Assembly (NCBI RefSeq): GCF_036321535.1
Contig: NC_087436.1
Span: 9,672,001-9,736,000 of the forward strand
DNA: 64,000 nucleotides
Reading direction: 5' to 3'
Source of the DNA: Camelus dromedarius
Taxonomy: Eukaryota
Of this stretch, positions 39,735 to 51,499 are shown piece after piece. A program made the translations under genes and the position numbers. The notes under the pieces are model-generated. The model was not told where the DNA came from. It worked only from the letters and a program-made list of their open reading frames with translations, and did no database searches. Position 1 is the stretch's first letter; the number at the start of each line of letters is the position of its first letter.

Positions 39735-40130
39735 TGTTAAAAAAAAATACAAAATGTAACTGAGTAAATTTTAAAGAGCTCACTGTCTTTACTCAACAAC
39801 ACATGAATGGGGCAGCATCCCGTTTTAGATAAGAAGATGCTCCAAAAAGCTGCACAAAAGAAAAGACTTTTCTAAGCAGAAGGGATTGGGAGCAAGGAAG
39901 TCATGCTGGCAAAATGTGGACTGGTCTTGGCAAGGTCACTTTCCTTTAGGGAAAGGCGGGGATCTATCCGGCAAATCACCTCACCAGTGCTGATCTGGTG
40001 ATTCCTGATTGACTGGTGTAGAGTTCCATTTCTGCGAGAGCTGAAGCTGGAATTAAGTAAGTCTGGGTTTGATGATGTGGATCTCAGCATAAGTGACTCC
40101 ATTTCGGGGCCTGATTTCTTGCTTTTAAGA
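39735..40130 (-). mobile_element. 3' LTR of the provirus
   Basis: Aligns with 47253-47623 (e.g. cacctcaccagtgctgatc vs gacctcactagtgctgatc). Confidence 0.9.
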
Positions 40131-40299
40131 ATTAACCCTTATTGACCAGACTCAGCTTAATTTAGAGATGTGATCAAAATTTAAAGCATCAGTGACCCTC
40201 CCAGCTACTGCTCTGAAGTCCTCACAGTTTTTGCTGATGCCTTATGTAGTACTGACAGGTTATGAGTCTTTTTGCTGAATCTCTGTGGTGTTCATAGGT

Positions 40300-40531
40300 C
40301 ATAACTTTGGGTTCACATTCTTTAAGTCAGCCATTTTCTTCCTCCCTTTTCTGACGTTCCAGTCTTATGGAGGTTATTGCTTGGTGGTTAGAGACTGCCA
40401 ACATGCATTTAAAGCTTTTGAGAGAACACAGCTCACTAGGGAAACTATTATGAGCAGGATATTCCTAAAGTCTGGAATGCATTTCAGAGCCATGGTTCCC
40501 AGGAGCCAAACTAATCAGAATCAAATAAGTT

Positions 40532-40576
<45 letters not shown>

Positions 40577-41640
40577 GACACCATTGAAAGAGCCACTTTC
40601 TTAGGCCAAGCGGTTTGCTCAGTGACCTGACATGACTGAACCTCAGCCTCCCCAGAAGTGTCAGTCCAGGTGCAGCAGGGGGTGTTGGCCACACACAGAC
40701 ACCTCCTTGCTCAGCTGAAAGATAATCGAGGGCCATCTTGTTATCAAGAACAACTTTGGCCAGAGAGTCTAGGATCTTTGTTGGACCTCTACGTCTTTAA
40801 CAGTGGTAGATTCTGCAGTATCTTCAAAGTTAAGGAGAGGTTCCTGATCATAGCCTCATTGGGACTTATTTCTAACCAGGGAAGTAGAAATTTGCCAAAG
40901 GAAGTAAATCCTGCATCATGAATGTCTCCTGGTAGGTCCCTTCTAATGCAATGTAAATTCAGGTGAGTTGACCAATGTGATGTCTCAGTTTGGTTGTGGA
41001 CAGTTAGGGGCACAGTTAGATAACCTAAGAGGTATTAGCCAGTCATGCATCAGCCGTCTAGACATTCATAGACCCAAGGAGAATAATAATCAGCACAGAC
41101 AAAGATAAATCCTGTTGGGCATAAACCACTCTTGCTAAAATGGCATTGTTCATGGGTTTATTCACAGGGATTACTGTACTTGTCCATTCAAGCCAGGCGT
41201 CAGTTAAGTCTTCAACACATTCAGGAAGTAAATCTCCTAGCCTCAAATAAAAAGCTGTTCTAAGTTCTTGCAAAGACAGGTGCTGATGGTGGTGCATTTT
41301 TCATTATTGGGGGCAGATCTGATTTAGATAATCATAAGAGCATGGAGGTGTAAATGTACTATGGTTTGCAAAAGTATTCATGTCTAACTGGGCAGGTACA
41401 GTTGTAATCAAAGAAAGGTAAAAAACAAGGCACTGGGTGTTCAAACTCAGTAGGTGACTTCCAAGGGGAGTTGATAGATGTTTACAGTATCATTGGGAAT
41501 GGAAGAAAAGTTGGTCACAGGGAGAACAGATTGGAGTTGGGATGGCAGATATAGCAGTCTGAAATGTTACCTCTACCCCCTTATAAATAGCCTGGGAGAT
41601 GGGGATGATGGTGTTGTGTTTTCAAGCCAATGCCAGAGTA
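40300..41640 (-). pseudogene. env: ERV env relic (gamma-type SU/TM)
   Basis: SU CYIC motif (41545-41556), cleavage region CIRR/DLPG, fusion-peptide region FTSFGKFLLPWL, ISD SLAKVVLDNKMALDYLSAEQGGVC (40695-40768), frameshifted CX6CC (NTPCCTW) and a TM anchor relic. Confidence 0.9.
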
Positions 41641-41829
41641 GAGAAATGACAAAAAAAAAAAAAAAAGATTTTATTTAATTAAACTATGAATTCTCCATCT
41701 TGAGTTTTGGGTAGAAATTGTCAAGAACATGATGTTGTCAGCTTTCTTTCTGTCAAACCTGACTTTAAGGTCACAAGTGTGAGAAGAGAATCAGTTATCC
41801 GAATGAGCCCTTTTTAGCTGGGACGTGTG

Positions 41830-42650
41830 TGCCCAAAGCTCAGCGCCTTCTGGTTTTGCCACAGCATCAGTGGTAAGGCCCCTTCCAACAGGCGTCTGAG
41901 GGCTGTTTTCCTCTGATGATGTTTCAAAAATACCCAGTTGCTAGACTCCAAGCTATGACCAACAGAGTCCTTCGAATTGGGCTCTGAGAAGGCTTCTTCA
42001 GCCTGTTGGTAATAGGCTTTAGCAAAAGACATTAAAGACCGAAGTATCTGGTCATATTAGCATGAGAGAACAAGGGATCAACAGGCAGATGTACACCAAC
42101 AGACATTGACCTACCAGTGACCATCTCACATCGAGTGGCTTTATGTTTCCCTAAGGGAGTGCTCCGAACACTCAGCAAGACCAGAGGCAACAAATACTTG
42201 CAGCCAAGGGAGTCCAGTAGTTTTAGCAAGTTTAGGGATTTTGAGTTTGAAGATCTCACTAGTTCTTTCAATCTTGCCTGATAATTGAGAGTGACAGGGA
42301 CTGAGATATTTTCTAGAAATTTGCAAGGTTTTTGGTAAAGCTTGTATGATTTACCCAGGAAAGTAGGTGCCTAAATCACTAGAGATTGCAGAGGGCATAC
42401 TTCAAGTGAAAACACATTTTCTAATAGTTTTTTGGGCACTGTGAAGGTATCAGTCTTGTGGCAGGAGAAGGCTTCAACCTATCCTGAAAACACAGCTACT
42501 ACAACAAGAACGTACTGATAACCCATCCTGCTGACAGTTGAACAAAGTCCAGGTGCTCAAATTGTCAAGAGGGAGGAAGTTTGAGGCCTCTGGAAGCAAA
42601 AATAGGTTATCTGGGATTATGGAATTGACAGATCAGACATTGGAAGTGAG
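41830..42650 (-). pseudogene. pol: ERV integrase relic
   Basis: CHSQLSGKIERT, LPLVLLSVRSTPLGKH...EMVTGR, WVFLKHHQRKTAL. Confidence 0.9.
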
Positions 42651-42979
42651 TTGTTTTTGCAGTTTTATAGAAGTCTCCCCACCAAAGTCTAGTCGCAATT
42701 TGAGTCCTCTTAGCTGCACCATGGTAGGTGAAAGAATGCGAGAACTGAAAGATAGGGTTCTGCAGGGAGCAAAGGAGAACCAAACGACCACCTTGGGTTT
42801 CCCGTAGCCCCAGTTGTTCACAGAATTTACAACCATTGTTTGTTTACCCATCATAAGTCATTTCTCTGCTTCAGAAGTAGACTTGTTATGTCACAAGGAC
42901 ATCAGAGTCGTGAAAGGCTGATGACAAGGAGACATTTTTGCATAAGCAGCATAGACATCTCATCCGCAGGTACCACAAC

Positions 42980-44800
42980 CTTTATAGATTCCATTGCTGC
43001 TGCCTTCACATGAAAGGCAGGCAGGGAGGGCATTTCTCCAACACTCGGGTTCCGTCTCTCTAGTGTCGGCTCAACTTTGATGACAGCAATCTCAGAAAGT
43101 AAGAGAATAGCAGCAAGAAGGCTGTTCACTTGCTTTCCATTTTTGATTGGAGTCTCAGAGGACATAAGAAAACCCCTCTGTTTCCATAGCATCCCCCAAA
43201 TCATGGACCACTCCACAGGCATAGCAGCTGTCAGGATAAATATTAATGTTTGTCCTTCTCATCACTGGGTAATGGTGGTAATGGTGGTAATGGCTCAGGT
43301 AAGGTGGAACTCTGCTTGGCTGACATAGCTTGTGGGAGACTTACCCTCTCAAGTAGTTCATATTGGGCAGTAACTGCACAGCCGGCTTGGACGTTCCTTC
43401 TTTCCTTTTTACAGTGTGAACTGTCAGTCGAAAAATCCGCACAACCTAAAAGTTGGGAGTTATGTTTTATTCAATAGACTTACTGAGGATTTCAAGCCCA
43501 GGATGACAGCCTTTTAGATCACTCTGAGGGACAGCTCTGAAGAGGTAGGGGAGGAGCCAGGATATATAGGACGTTTTGCAACAAAGACTAGGTAGTCAGA
43601 ACATCAAAAGATTACTGTTAAATAAAGCAAACCAGATATCTCAGGTTTAGGAATTTGGCACTTTTCTATGTATGGGAAGATACAAGAGTCTGGGTTCATT
43701 GAAATCATTCCTTTGATGTGCACCTTAACCATCTAGGGCCAGTATCTTGTTCTTTCCTGTCCTGAGTCCCCTCAAGGGGCACTATTGGAGGTGGTGGCAG
43801 AGGCCAAGCTGCCTGCTTGTCTGCATCCTGAGTTCCCTCCTGCTCACCATCGGGGGCAAAAATAGTGGCTGAGGACTTGATGGCCACAGCATCCTTTATT
43901 TACTGACACGGCAGGCAGCATTTTTCCTTCACAGACCCATCAACAAACAAAATTAGGTCAGGATAAGTCAAAAAAAGAAGACTGATAATTCAGGACATAG
44001 CATCACAAAGTGAGACGTCATTACCCTGGCTGTCATTTGACCCCATCAAGTGGGAGTAGAAACAAGATTAAGAATGTTGCCACGTTTAAAATGCAGCTAA
44101 GGTGGGAAAAGCAGAAGAAGGGTCTCTTGGGAGGTCAGTCTGCTTGAGAGAAATGCTGAGTCAGCTCAGAATTCAGAAGACTTTGGCCAGCCCGAGGAGA
44201 CTGTTAATAGATGTCCCTCCCTAGGGTTAAATTCACTGAGCCTTCTGCTGTTTTTGCAGCTGCAGTTACAGCCGTAAGGCAGCTGGGTAGACGTGAGCCA
44301 CGGACTCAAGCTGCCTGCTGTAATAGGCAAGAGACCTGTGTCCGTTACCGTGTCCCCACGTGGGCCCTCCCAGGGCGCGGCTGTCTCTTTCATGCTCCAG
44401 GCTTTGGACGGTCAGGTAGACCTCGGGCAAGTGGTTCTTGCAGTACTTGCTTTAGTCTTATGAAGGCACGTTTACCTTCCAAGAAGGGGGCTCAGGGACT
44501 GACATTTTAATAAGTTCATAAAGCGGGGAAGCTGATAGAGAAAAATGAGAAGGCTGCAGTCTGCAGCAGTCAGTCAGCCTCAGGAACCTTGCAGCTGTCT
44601 CTTGGTTCTGGGCGCAGGGAATTCCTGGATTAGTTGAATTCTCTGTGAGGTTGGCTGGATTCCTTCAGTGCTTAGATTATGATCTAAGCAGTGAACAGTG
44701 TCTACAGAGAATTGTAGTTTCTCCTCGGACCCTTATGTCCTTCAGCTAACTGCTGCAGCAAATAAATAAAATCCTTTATGGATGCTTCTTTGGTAACTGA
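42980..44800 (-). pseudogene. pol: ERV RT C-terminus, tether and RNase H relic, interrupted by a solo LTR
   Basis: CSVTKEASIKDFIYLLQQLAE, IQLIQEFPAPRTKRQL, IAYYSRQLE, PDLILFVDGS, GMLWKQRGFLMSSETPIKNG...IAVIKV. Confidence 0.88.
43422..43933 (-). mobile_element. MER41-like (cetartiodactyl) ERV1 solo LTR nested in pol
   Basis: TG...CA termini, flanks gaac/gacc (3/4 TSD). gcacaacctaaaagttgggagttatgttttatt and ggagccaggatatatagg match the recalled MER41_BT-type consensus. Confidence 0.85.
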
Positions 44801-44918
44801 GCAAATGCTGCTGGAAGAAAATGGTGCCGATAGACTAATTGCCATAAACCTTCAATTTGTAGAAAACACAACATTTGCAAAGCGCAATAAAGTGAAATGC
44901 AGTAAAATGAGGTCTGTA
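44798..44918. mobile_element. Tigger1-family terminal fragment inside the provirus
   Basis: aaaatggtgccgatagact...aaaccttcaatttgtagaaaac...gcaaagcgcaataaagtgaa...aaaatgaggtctg followed by TA. Confidence 0.8.
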
Positions 44919-45029
44919 CTTATTTGCCTCTATTTTTAAAAAACATGAAAGATACGGTTCAGCTTGGCCGGAAACTTCTAAAATGAGGTCTCTGTTAGAG
45001 GCAAAGCATACCAGCTTTTTAATCTGAAG

Positions 45030-45250
45030 AGGGTATCTCTAACTAATAGATTAATTCGGGCCGTGTTACACAGCGAAAATGAATGTTTTTAGTGAAAAAA
45101 CTCTGAGTCACCTGCACTGGTTGAGACAGAAACTCTCTGAACTTTACTGGCTACTCCCACTATGGAAACTTCTTTTTTTTTTTAATCTGACAGATTTGTT
45201 GTCCTATGAGTGTGAGGTTTAGAGTGCCTGGCTCTAGTATTTACTAGAAG
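45030..45250 (-). pseudogene. pro: ERV protease relic
   Basis: VSIVGVASKVQ...INLLVRDTL, compared with the usual NLLGRDLL. Confidence 0.65.
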
Positions 45251-45299
45251 TTGGCTAGGTTTTCCACTAATTTTAATTTTAGTTTCCTCTTGGCTGTTT

Positions 45300-46601
45300 A
45301 AGGGAACAACTGGGAGCAGTTTACAGCAGAACCTCTCAGAGACTCATCATCTCTGGGAAGGGTACCCATAGGGAACCAATTTGGGAGGGAGCATTCAAGA
45401 TGGTGTTGAATTCAAGGTGTCATTTTAATTTTCTGGCCTTGGAGCCACTGCAGCTGTAAGGCTAACAACTTGGCAGATTTTTGTTTGTGGTCTTGTTCCA
45501 AGGTGCTTTCAAAGTGACCACTTATGGCTATGAATTCAGCCAGACCCGTGGCTTCCCACCATCTTTTCTGCCTTCTACTCAGTCCACTAGTCTCAGGAGA
45601 TAATCTGTTGACAAGCAAGGCAGCTAGAGAAGGTTGGGGAGCACCATCTGTTGGGTGGAACCCAAAATGCCACAGGAAGAGACCTTTCAGACAGGTGTGA
45701 AAGTCTGCTACACGTCCATCTTTCTTTTGTTTGCAGGTTTGAGTAATGAACTAATTAGAGTGAGCAGGAAACACTCTAGGAATGGCTTTTAAAAGATTGG
45801 TTGCTATTTTGAAGCTTTTTCTGGCCTATAAGGGAACCATATTGAAGACCGAGGATCTCAATTGTCATCCTTGGGGTTGTATCATTCTGCCTCCAGCATC
45901 TATTCTGGGGCTTCCCCAGGTCCTACCAGCAGGAGCACAAGCTGATAAAGATCTGGCAGCCTAGGGTCGTAGGCCCTGAGAAGGATTCTAAATACTTCAG
46001 AAAACTTTTGGGGATCCTCCCCGTGTGTTCAGGGAATTATGTCACTAGGGGCCTTAATTTGGCCTTTGACCAAAGTGAAAAAGATGCCTGAAGATGATCA
46101 TTTGCAGCCTTGGGTGGCCTTAGTTTAAAAGGTCTTCAGGGTGGAAAGACATGAGGTAGAGAATTGGTAGAACATGAAAGCTCAAGTCAAGGAGCATAGA
46201 GGGGAACAGAAGTCACAACCATCTTACTGACAATCTTATTGTCACCCTATTTTAGGTGCCTCTCGTGCCTTTAATTTTCCATTAGCTTTTTGCAACATAT
46301 CTTTCAATGAAACTATTTTGGAATCTTGACGCTTTCTAGAAGCTTCTACATAGGCATTAAAATAGGTATTCCATTCTGTTTGTTCAATTTGGGCTCTCTT
46401 GCTTTCAAGTGCACTTCTTAGGTAAACCATCTTGGAACATTCATTGGAACATTCCCCATAATTGTCATTGTAATTCTAGGTTGTCTTTAGTAAGATTTTG
46501 ACATTTTTGTAGATATTTACAGCTTCTGGGAACACAGACATAAAATAAGCAGGTGTGCCAGAAAGTGATGTGCTGAATTCTTTGAAACTTGAGGCTCTCA
46601 T
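45300..46601 (-). pseudogene. gag: ERV gag relic
   Basis: ATG at 46601: MRASSFKE..SGTPAYFM, then a frameshift, then NLTKDNLELQ*QLWG (matrix). The MHR-like QTCKQKKDGRVADF lies at about 45700-45750. Confidence 0.75.
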
Positions 46602-47230
46602 TTATTCAGCTAAGCTTTGGGTGTCTTATAGCTAAAATTAATACCTGCGAGGGATGTGCTGCTGGGCTGGGGATTTTGTAGTGTTTTACAATGTACCACA
46701 TTGCTCAGAAATTTTCTTGAGTTTGGCAAGTGTCCTGGTGTCAATCGAATCCATTGCATGACCAACTTATCTTAACACAGAGCCTTAGTGTTAAATGGTG
46801 AGCACTCTAATGGCTTTTAGGTGCTCTACCTCTGCCATGAATTTTGCAGTTTTGAGCTTCCAAGATTTCCATTAACAATATCATTTACCTCTTATGCACG
46901 TTAACAGAAACCAGCATAAACCAAGGAGACAGAGCTGTGGACACCAGTAGTAATCAAAGAGATGGCACTGTACATTGGCCAAGAGAAGAACTTAGGTGCG
47001 AACAATCAGCATTTCCCAGTGTGGAACTGGGGGCTGAGCCAGCAAATCCTAACAAATGGGACTGCAGACTAAACCTAGGGCTAGGGGCTGGGGTTCTGGG
47101 TGAAACAGACTCCTAGTTTAAGCCCAATCACCCTGAACTGAAAAACCAATTAAATCAGAAGATAAATACAAAGAGAGCAGAGCTCAGAACTGATAGGAAT
47201 TTACCCAGAGCCATCTAAAGTCACCTTCAG

Positions 47231-47248
47231 ATCCCACTGCTGCCACCG
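47231..47248 (-). other. Primer binding site complementary to the tRNA-Leu(AAG/TAG) 3' end
   Basis: Plus strand atcccactgctgccaccg vs tRNA-Leu 3' end ATCCCACCGCTGCCACCA, 16/18 match, 4 nt from the 5' LTR. Confidence 0.8.
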
Positions 47249-47252
47249 AAAC

Positions 47253-47623
47253 TGTCAAAAATCAAAATTCCCCTTAGTAAATTTTAAAGATATTTTTGGC
47301 TTTATTCAACAATTTATGAACTTAGCAGCATCCCACCTAGCTGATGAAAAGAAGCTGTACAAAATGGAAGACTGTCATAGGCAGGAAAGAAGAGGGAAAA
47401 GGAAGTCATACTGGCAAAAAGGGGACTGATCGTAGCAAGGTTATCTTTCTTTAGGGGATGGGAGGACTCTATCAGGCAGATGACCTCACTAGTGCTGATC
47501 AGGCAGTTCCTGACTGACTGGGCTAAGATTCCCTTAGAGTCAAAACTGTAATTAAGTCTCAGTTCGGTGATGTGGAGCTTAGTGTAAGAGAATGAATTTG
47601 GGCCCATTGTCTTGTTTTTAACA
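47253..47623 (-). mobile_element. 5' LTR of the provirus
   Basis: TG...CA termini; AATAAA on the minus strand (ctttatt at about 47300); adjacent to the PBS. Confidence 0.9.
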
Positions 47624-47629
47624 TATGTG

Positions 47630-47810
47630 ACTGAGTGCATCCCTGGAGTTGAACAGACCTAAGTCTAAATCTTCAGTGAGGGACTTTGAATAATTTACCT
47701 CTGTAAATTCAGTTCCCTCATCTGGAATAATAAGAGAGCTTTCCTCAAAGAGCTGCGGAGATTATGAGAGCTACTCTGATGGCGCATACACTTAGCCATG
47801 CAGTGCTATG
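47630..47810 (+). mobile_element. MIR SINE
   Basis: aacagacctaagtctaaatc...tttacctctgtaaattcagttccctcatctggaataat. Confidence 0.55.
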
Positions 47811-47989
47811 GTGATTGTTTGTATTGCATTTTATATTTTGTCGTAAGTGTTTCTTTTTCTTGAATGCCATTCCATTTAAAACAACTTCTGGTCTTCCTTT
47901 ATTAGTTTTTAAGTTCAAGGAGGTATAAATTAATATCTGAATAATGGTTCAGAAAGATCAAGAGCTTGAGAACATTTGACACACAACAG

Positions 47990-48092
47990 TCCTTTTTTTA
48001 ATTTTTTTGTTTTTAATGGAGGTCCTGGGGATGGAACCCAGGACCGGGTGCATGCTAAGCACATGCTCTACCACTGAGCTGTACCCTCTGCT
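47990..48092 (-). mobile_element. Camelid tRNA-derived SINE (vic-1 type)
   Basis: T-tail followed by ctggggatggaacccaggacc...catgctaagcacatgctctaccactgagctgtaccc. Confidence 0.88.
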
Positions 48093-48440
48093 CTACCCTC
48101 AAGATTCTTTTTAAATCCGTGTGTTTTAAATTTTTATTCCTGGATATCTAGTAATACTTTCTTTGCTATTAGTATTTTTGTGATTTTTAAAACTAAAACA
48201 CATTTAAGTAAAACAAACATATTCAAAAACTTTATTAATACAGGCTTATCTACCCTCAACCCCCATAGTGCTTTAAAAAAAACAAAACTCAACATGCAAA
48301 GTGGAAAGAGCCTGGGCTTTGAAGCCAGACAGATATGGGCTTGACTCGCCACTCCATCGGCATATAATTTAATTCATGGTTTTGGGGTTCGTTAGCCTTG
48401 CCTTTGTGTGTAACCAAATTCAGAGCTGCTGTACACTCCA

Positions 48441-48585
48441 TTTTTTTATTTTATTTTATTTTATTTTATTCTATTCTATTTTATTTTATTTTATTTTATT
48501 TTATTTTTTAATGGAGATACTGGAGATTGAACCCAGGACCTCATGCATGCTAAACATGTGCTCTGCCACTAAGCTATTTCACCCA
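48441..48585 (-). mobile_element. Camelid tRNA-derived SINE with a (TTTTA)n tail
   Basis: gattgaacccaggacctcatgcatgctaaacatgtgctctgccactaagcta. Confidence 0.88.
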
Positions 48586-48644
48586 CGTATCATCTTTTAA
48601 ATTGATAAAAATATTCATCTTCCAAAAAAATCAACTCTAAAATT

Positions 48645-48846
48645 AATAGTTAACTATACTGTATTGTCTATTTGAAAGTTGCTGAGAGAGTAGATCTTAA
48701 AAGTTCTCATCACACCCCAAAAAGTTTGTCACTATGTATGTTAACTAGGCTTATCATGGTGATCATACTGCAACAACATCAAAATCATTCTGTTGTACAC
48801 CTGAAACTAACATCATGTTATATATCAATTATACCTCAATAAAAAT
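48645..48846 (+). mobile_element. L1MA-type 3' end
   Basis: gaaagttgctgagagagtagatcttaaaagttctcatcac...gttgtacacctgaaactaac...tatacctcaataaaa. Confidence 0.85.
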
Positions 48847-50604
48847 TTTAACTTAAAATCCACACATTCTTATTCTTAGAAATGAAGACTCTTAGCAGAC
48901 TGGCATAGACTTATCTTTATGAGATTTGCAGTTATCTGAAGAATTCCACAGTGACACAAAACATGCATGCTGAAATTACTGCTCAACCTCCACGCATTCT
49001 CACTACCAAAGATGCTTCCTTTATTGTTTAATAGTTTCTTTCTGCCAAGCACTGTGCTTCAAACAACTGCTTTACAGGTATGTAATAAATTTTGATATAT
49101 GTTCAAAAACTGTTCAACTGAGGAGCAGTCAATACTATTTTCCCCATATTTTGAGGGCAGAGAGAATGTCTTCAACTGCCAGATGTAGAAATGGGAGCTT
49201 TAAACCTTTGAGAGGAAACTGTTTTCTGATCCAATCATTAGAAACGGATTAGAGTATGTTTAATTTTGTGTTTCATTTAATGAAAGTATGTAAATTTTCT
49301 TTCTCTTGTCTTATCGAAATTCATCAGGATACTGTATTCACAGTGGAAGGTTACTAATTATTAGTACATGACCTAAATGGCTAGTATTTTAGAAATTTTA
49401 CATCACTATGTGATTGTAACCAAGTTCACCTTATATTCAAATCACTAATTAGTATTTAAATTATTCAGTGACTAAAAAATAAAAATACAGCTGAACTGAT
49501 AGACTACTGTAAAAAAAGAGTATGAAAATAAGACCTTAAGATGGTAAAATTTTATCCAATTAGATTCTTTATTTTTTTCCTTGATTTTAGGAAGGTTTTC
49601 TGCTCAGCATCCCATCACCTGATTCTGTTGATCTAAACTGTTGTCTTTAAAATAATTCTATTTAACATGAATTCACTGTATGTGTTGAAGATCATTTTTC
49701 ACATATTTTTACACAACCCTTTTGTTCCCAGCAGAGTATACTTGCCATATGATTTAAATGATCTCTAATTCAGCTAAAGGACCTAAATTTTCACACCACT
49801 CCTCATTCGAGTGATATAATATTTGGCTTGAGAACGTCTCATTACTCTAATCGGTCTCTGGTCAGAGTGTGGTGAATAGCTGTGCTAGCCCGTGTTTTCT
49901 GGATGTGCGTATGAACACAGACTCAGGGATATACAGGAAAAAATACCATTTCACCCTGCAGTACTAGTCCCATCAAAGAATTAAAATTTAGTTTCTTTAT
50001 GAAAAGTCTCTTCAGATTATCTCTTCTTTTATCATCTGCTTTACCAAAATCAATCTACTATCTGGCTTTACATAGTTATCTTATGATATAAGCATCAAGA
50101 AAAATAAATTAGCCCTTTGCTATGTAAAAATTGAGTTTAAGAAATTAGAATTAACAATACTAAATTTCTCAGGGTTCATCCTTTCAATAGTCCTTGGAGT
50201 CTGTGCAAGTAGATTTTTGTGTTCTAGATTATTTAGGAAGGGTTATTATTAATAAATATATTTTATTGATAACCTCATCTCACCTCCACCTTGTTCAATG
50301 GTTATTTTAAAGCTGAACTCCTAACCCCTCATCCAATAGGATATTATAATTATGTTTGAACCTTTGCTGTGTTATTGGATATAGCAGAGTTATACTGGAA
50401 TGCAGAGAATTTAAGCAATCTCCTTGCCTTATGCCCAATTTAGAACCACAATGAAAAACCAAACAACTTAACTCTCCAGACTCCTTTAGGAGGGTGTATT
50501 CAATGGCTATTCCACAAGCTATTTGGTGGCGACCGGGTGACCAGAAAAAGACTATTGAGCTACAAACACTAAACACTTGAATTTATCTAGTGTTTCATTA
50601 ACCA

Positions 50605-50900
50605 ATTTCTACTCACTTCAGCAAGTGCTAATTGAAAACCTATGAGGTCTAGTTTTCTTGAGGTACTAAGAAAAATGGAAATAATTGAAACATGACCAGA
50701 GTGTTTGAAAACTGGGCAAAAGAAGAACGATATTCTCAATGCAGCAACTATCCACAAGGTGATGAATGGGGAAGGGATGAGTGCAGAAGAAGACAGAGAT
50801 AAAACAGGAGATGAAGGCCCTACTGGAGATGAGCGCAAGATAGGATGGACTTGGTAAGGTGAGTCACAGTATAAGTGGGTTTCGAAGATGTGAGGCAGGA
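50605..50900 (-). mobile_element. LINE-2 3' fragment
   Basis: ttcagcaagtgctaattgaaaacctatg... resembles the reverse L2 3' end. Confidence 0.4.
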
Positions 50901-51499
50901 CAATTTGTTAAGGTAAAAAAAAATATATTTTGTTTGCATTATTGTTTGCAGTTTTCTATTGACAATGTACACTCAAAAAAAGGAAGCCAAGTTACTTTGC
51001 AATAAACATTGTCAACAATCTTTCTTCCCTCACTCTAACGTCTGGAATCAAATGAAACGTTGGATTATTTCTTAATCCAATGTGTGGGCAGAGAAAGGCT
51101 CACTGTTAATGGTTATTAAGTTCTTCACCAGCCACATGTATGAGCCCAGAGCAGAGCAGAGAGTTAATGGAATACAATATTTACGATATTTGCTACGACA
51201 TCTGCTCTGAGACAAATTTCATATCTACCAGACAAGATAAAAAGTTTTCTTCTTCAGTAAGCTTTAACCTAGTTCCCAAGTTATTGACACATACAAGACA
51301 GTTCAGTAAGGTACCCAAATATAATACTGACACAAATCCAATAATTTTTCAATCACTAGCAATAATCAAATTGTAAATATAAGAGGAAAAATCAAGAAAA
51401 CTATAAAAAAGTAGGAATCAACTCCAAAAACTCTACTGGAAGAAAATTGCACATGAAAAATATTAAAATGTATTGAAAATAGAATACAGATACAGAAAA

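Larger units (their letters stand above)
39735..47623 (-). mobile_element. Degraded full-structure class I ERV provirus (MER34/LTR39-like group)
   Basis: Two homologous LTRs in direct orientation, a PBS, gag-pro-pol-env relics in the correct order, and flanks taag (39731-34) / tatg (47624-27) as a 3/4 4-bp TSD. Confidence 0.9.

Noticed and set aside
43268..43293. (ggtaatggt)x3 repeat in the RNase H relic
   Set aside because: A local slippage duplication in a dead gene with no functional implication.
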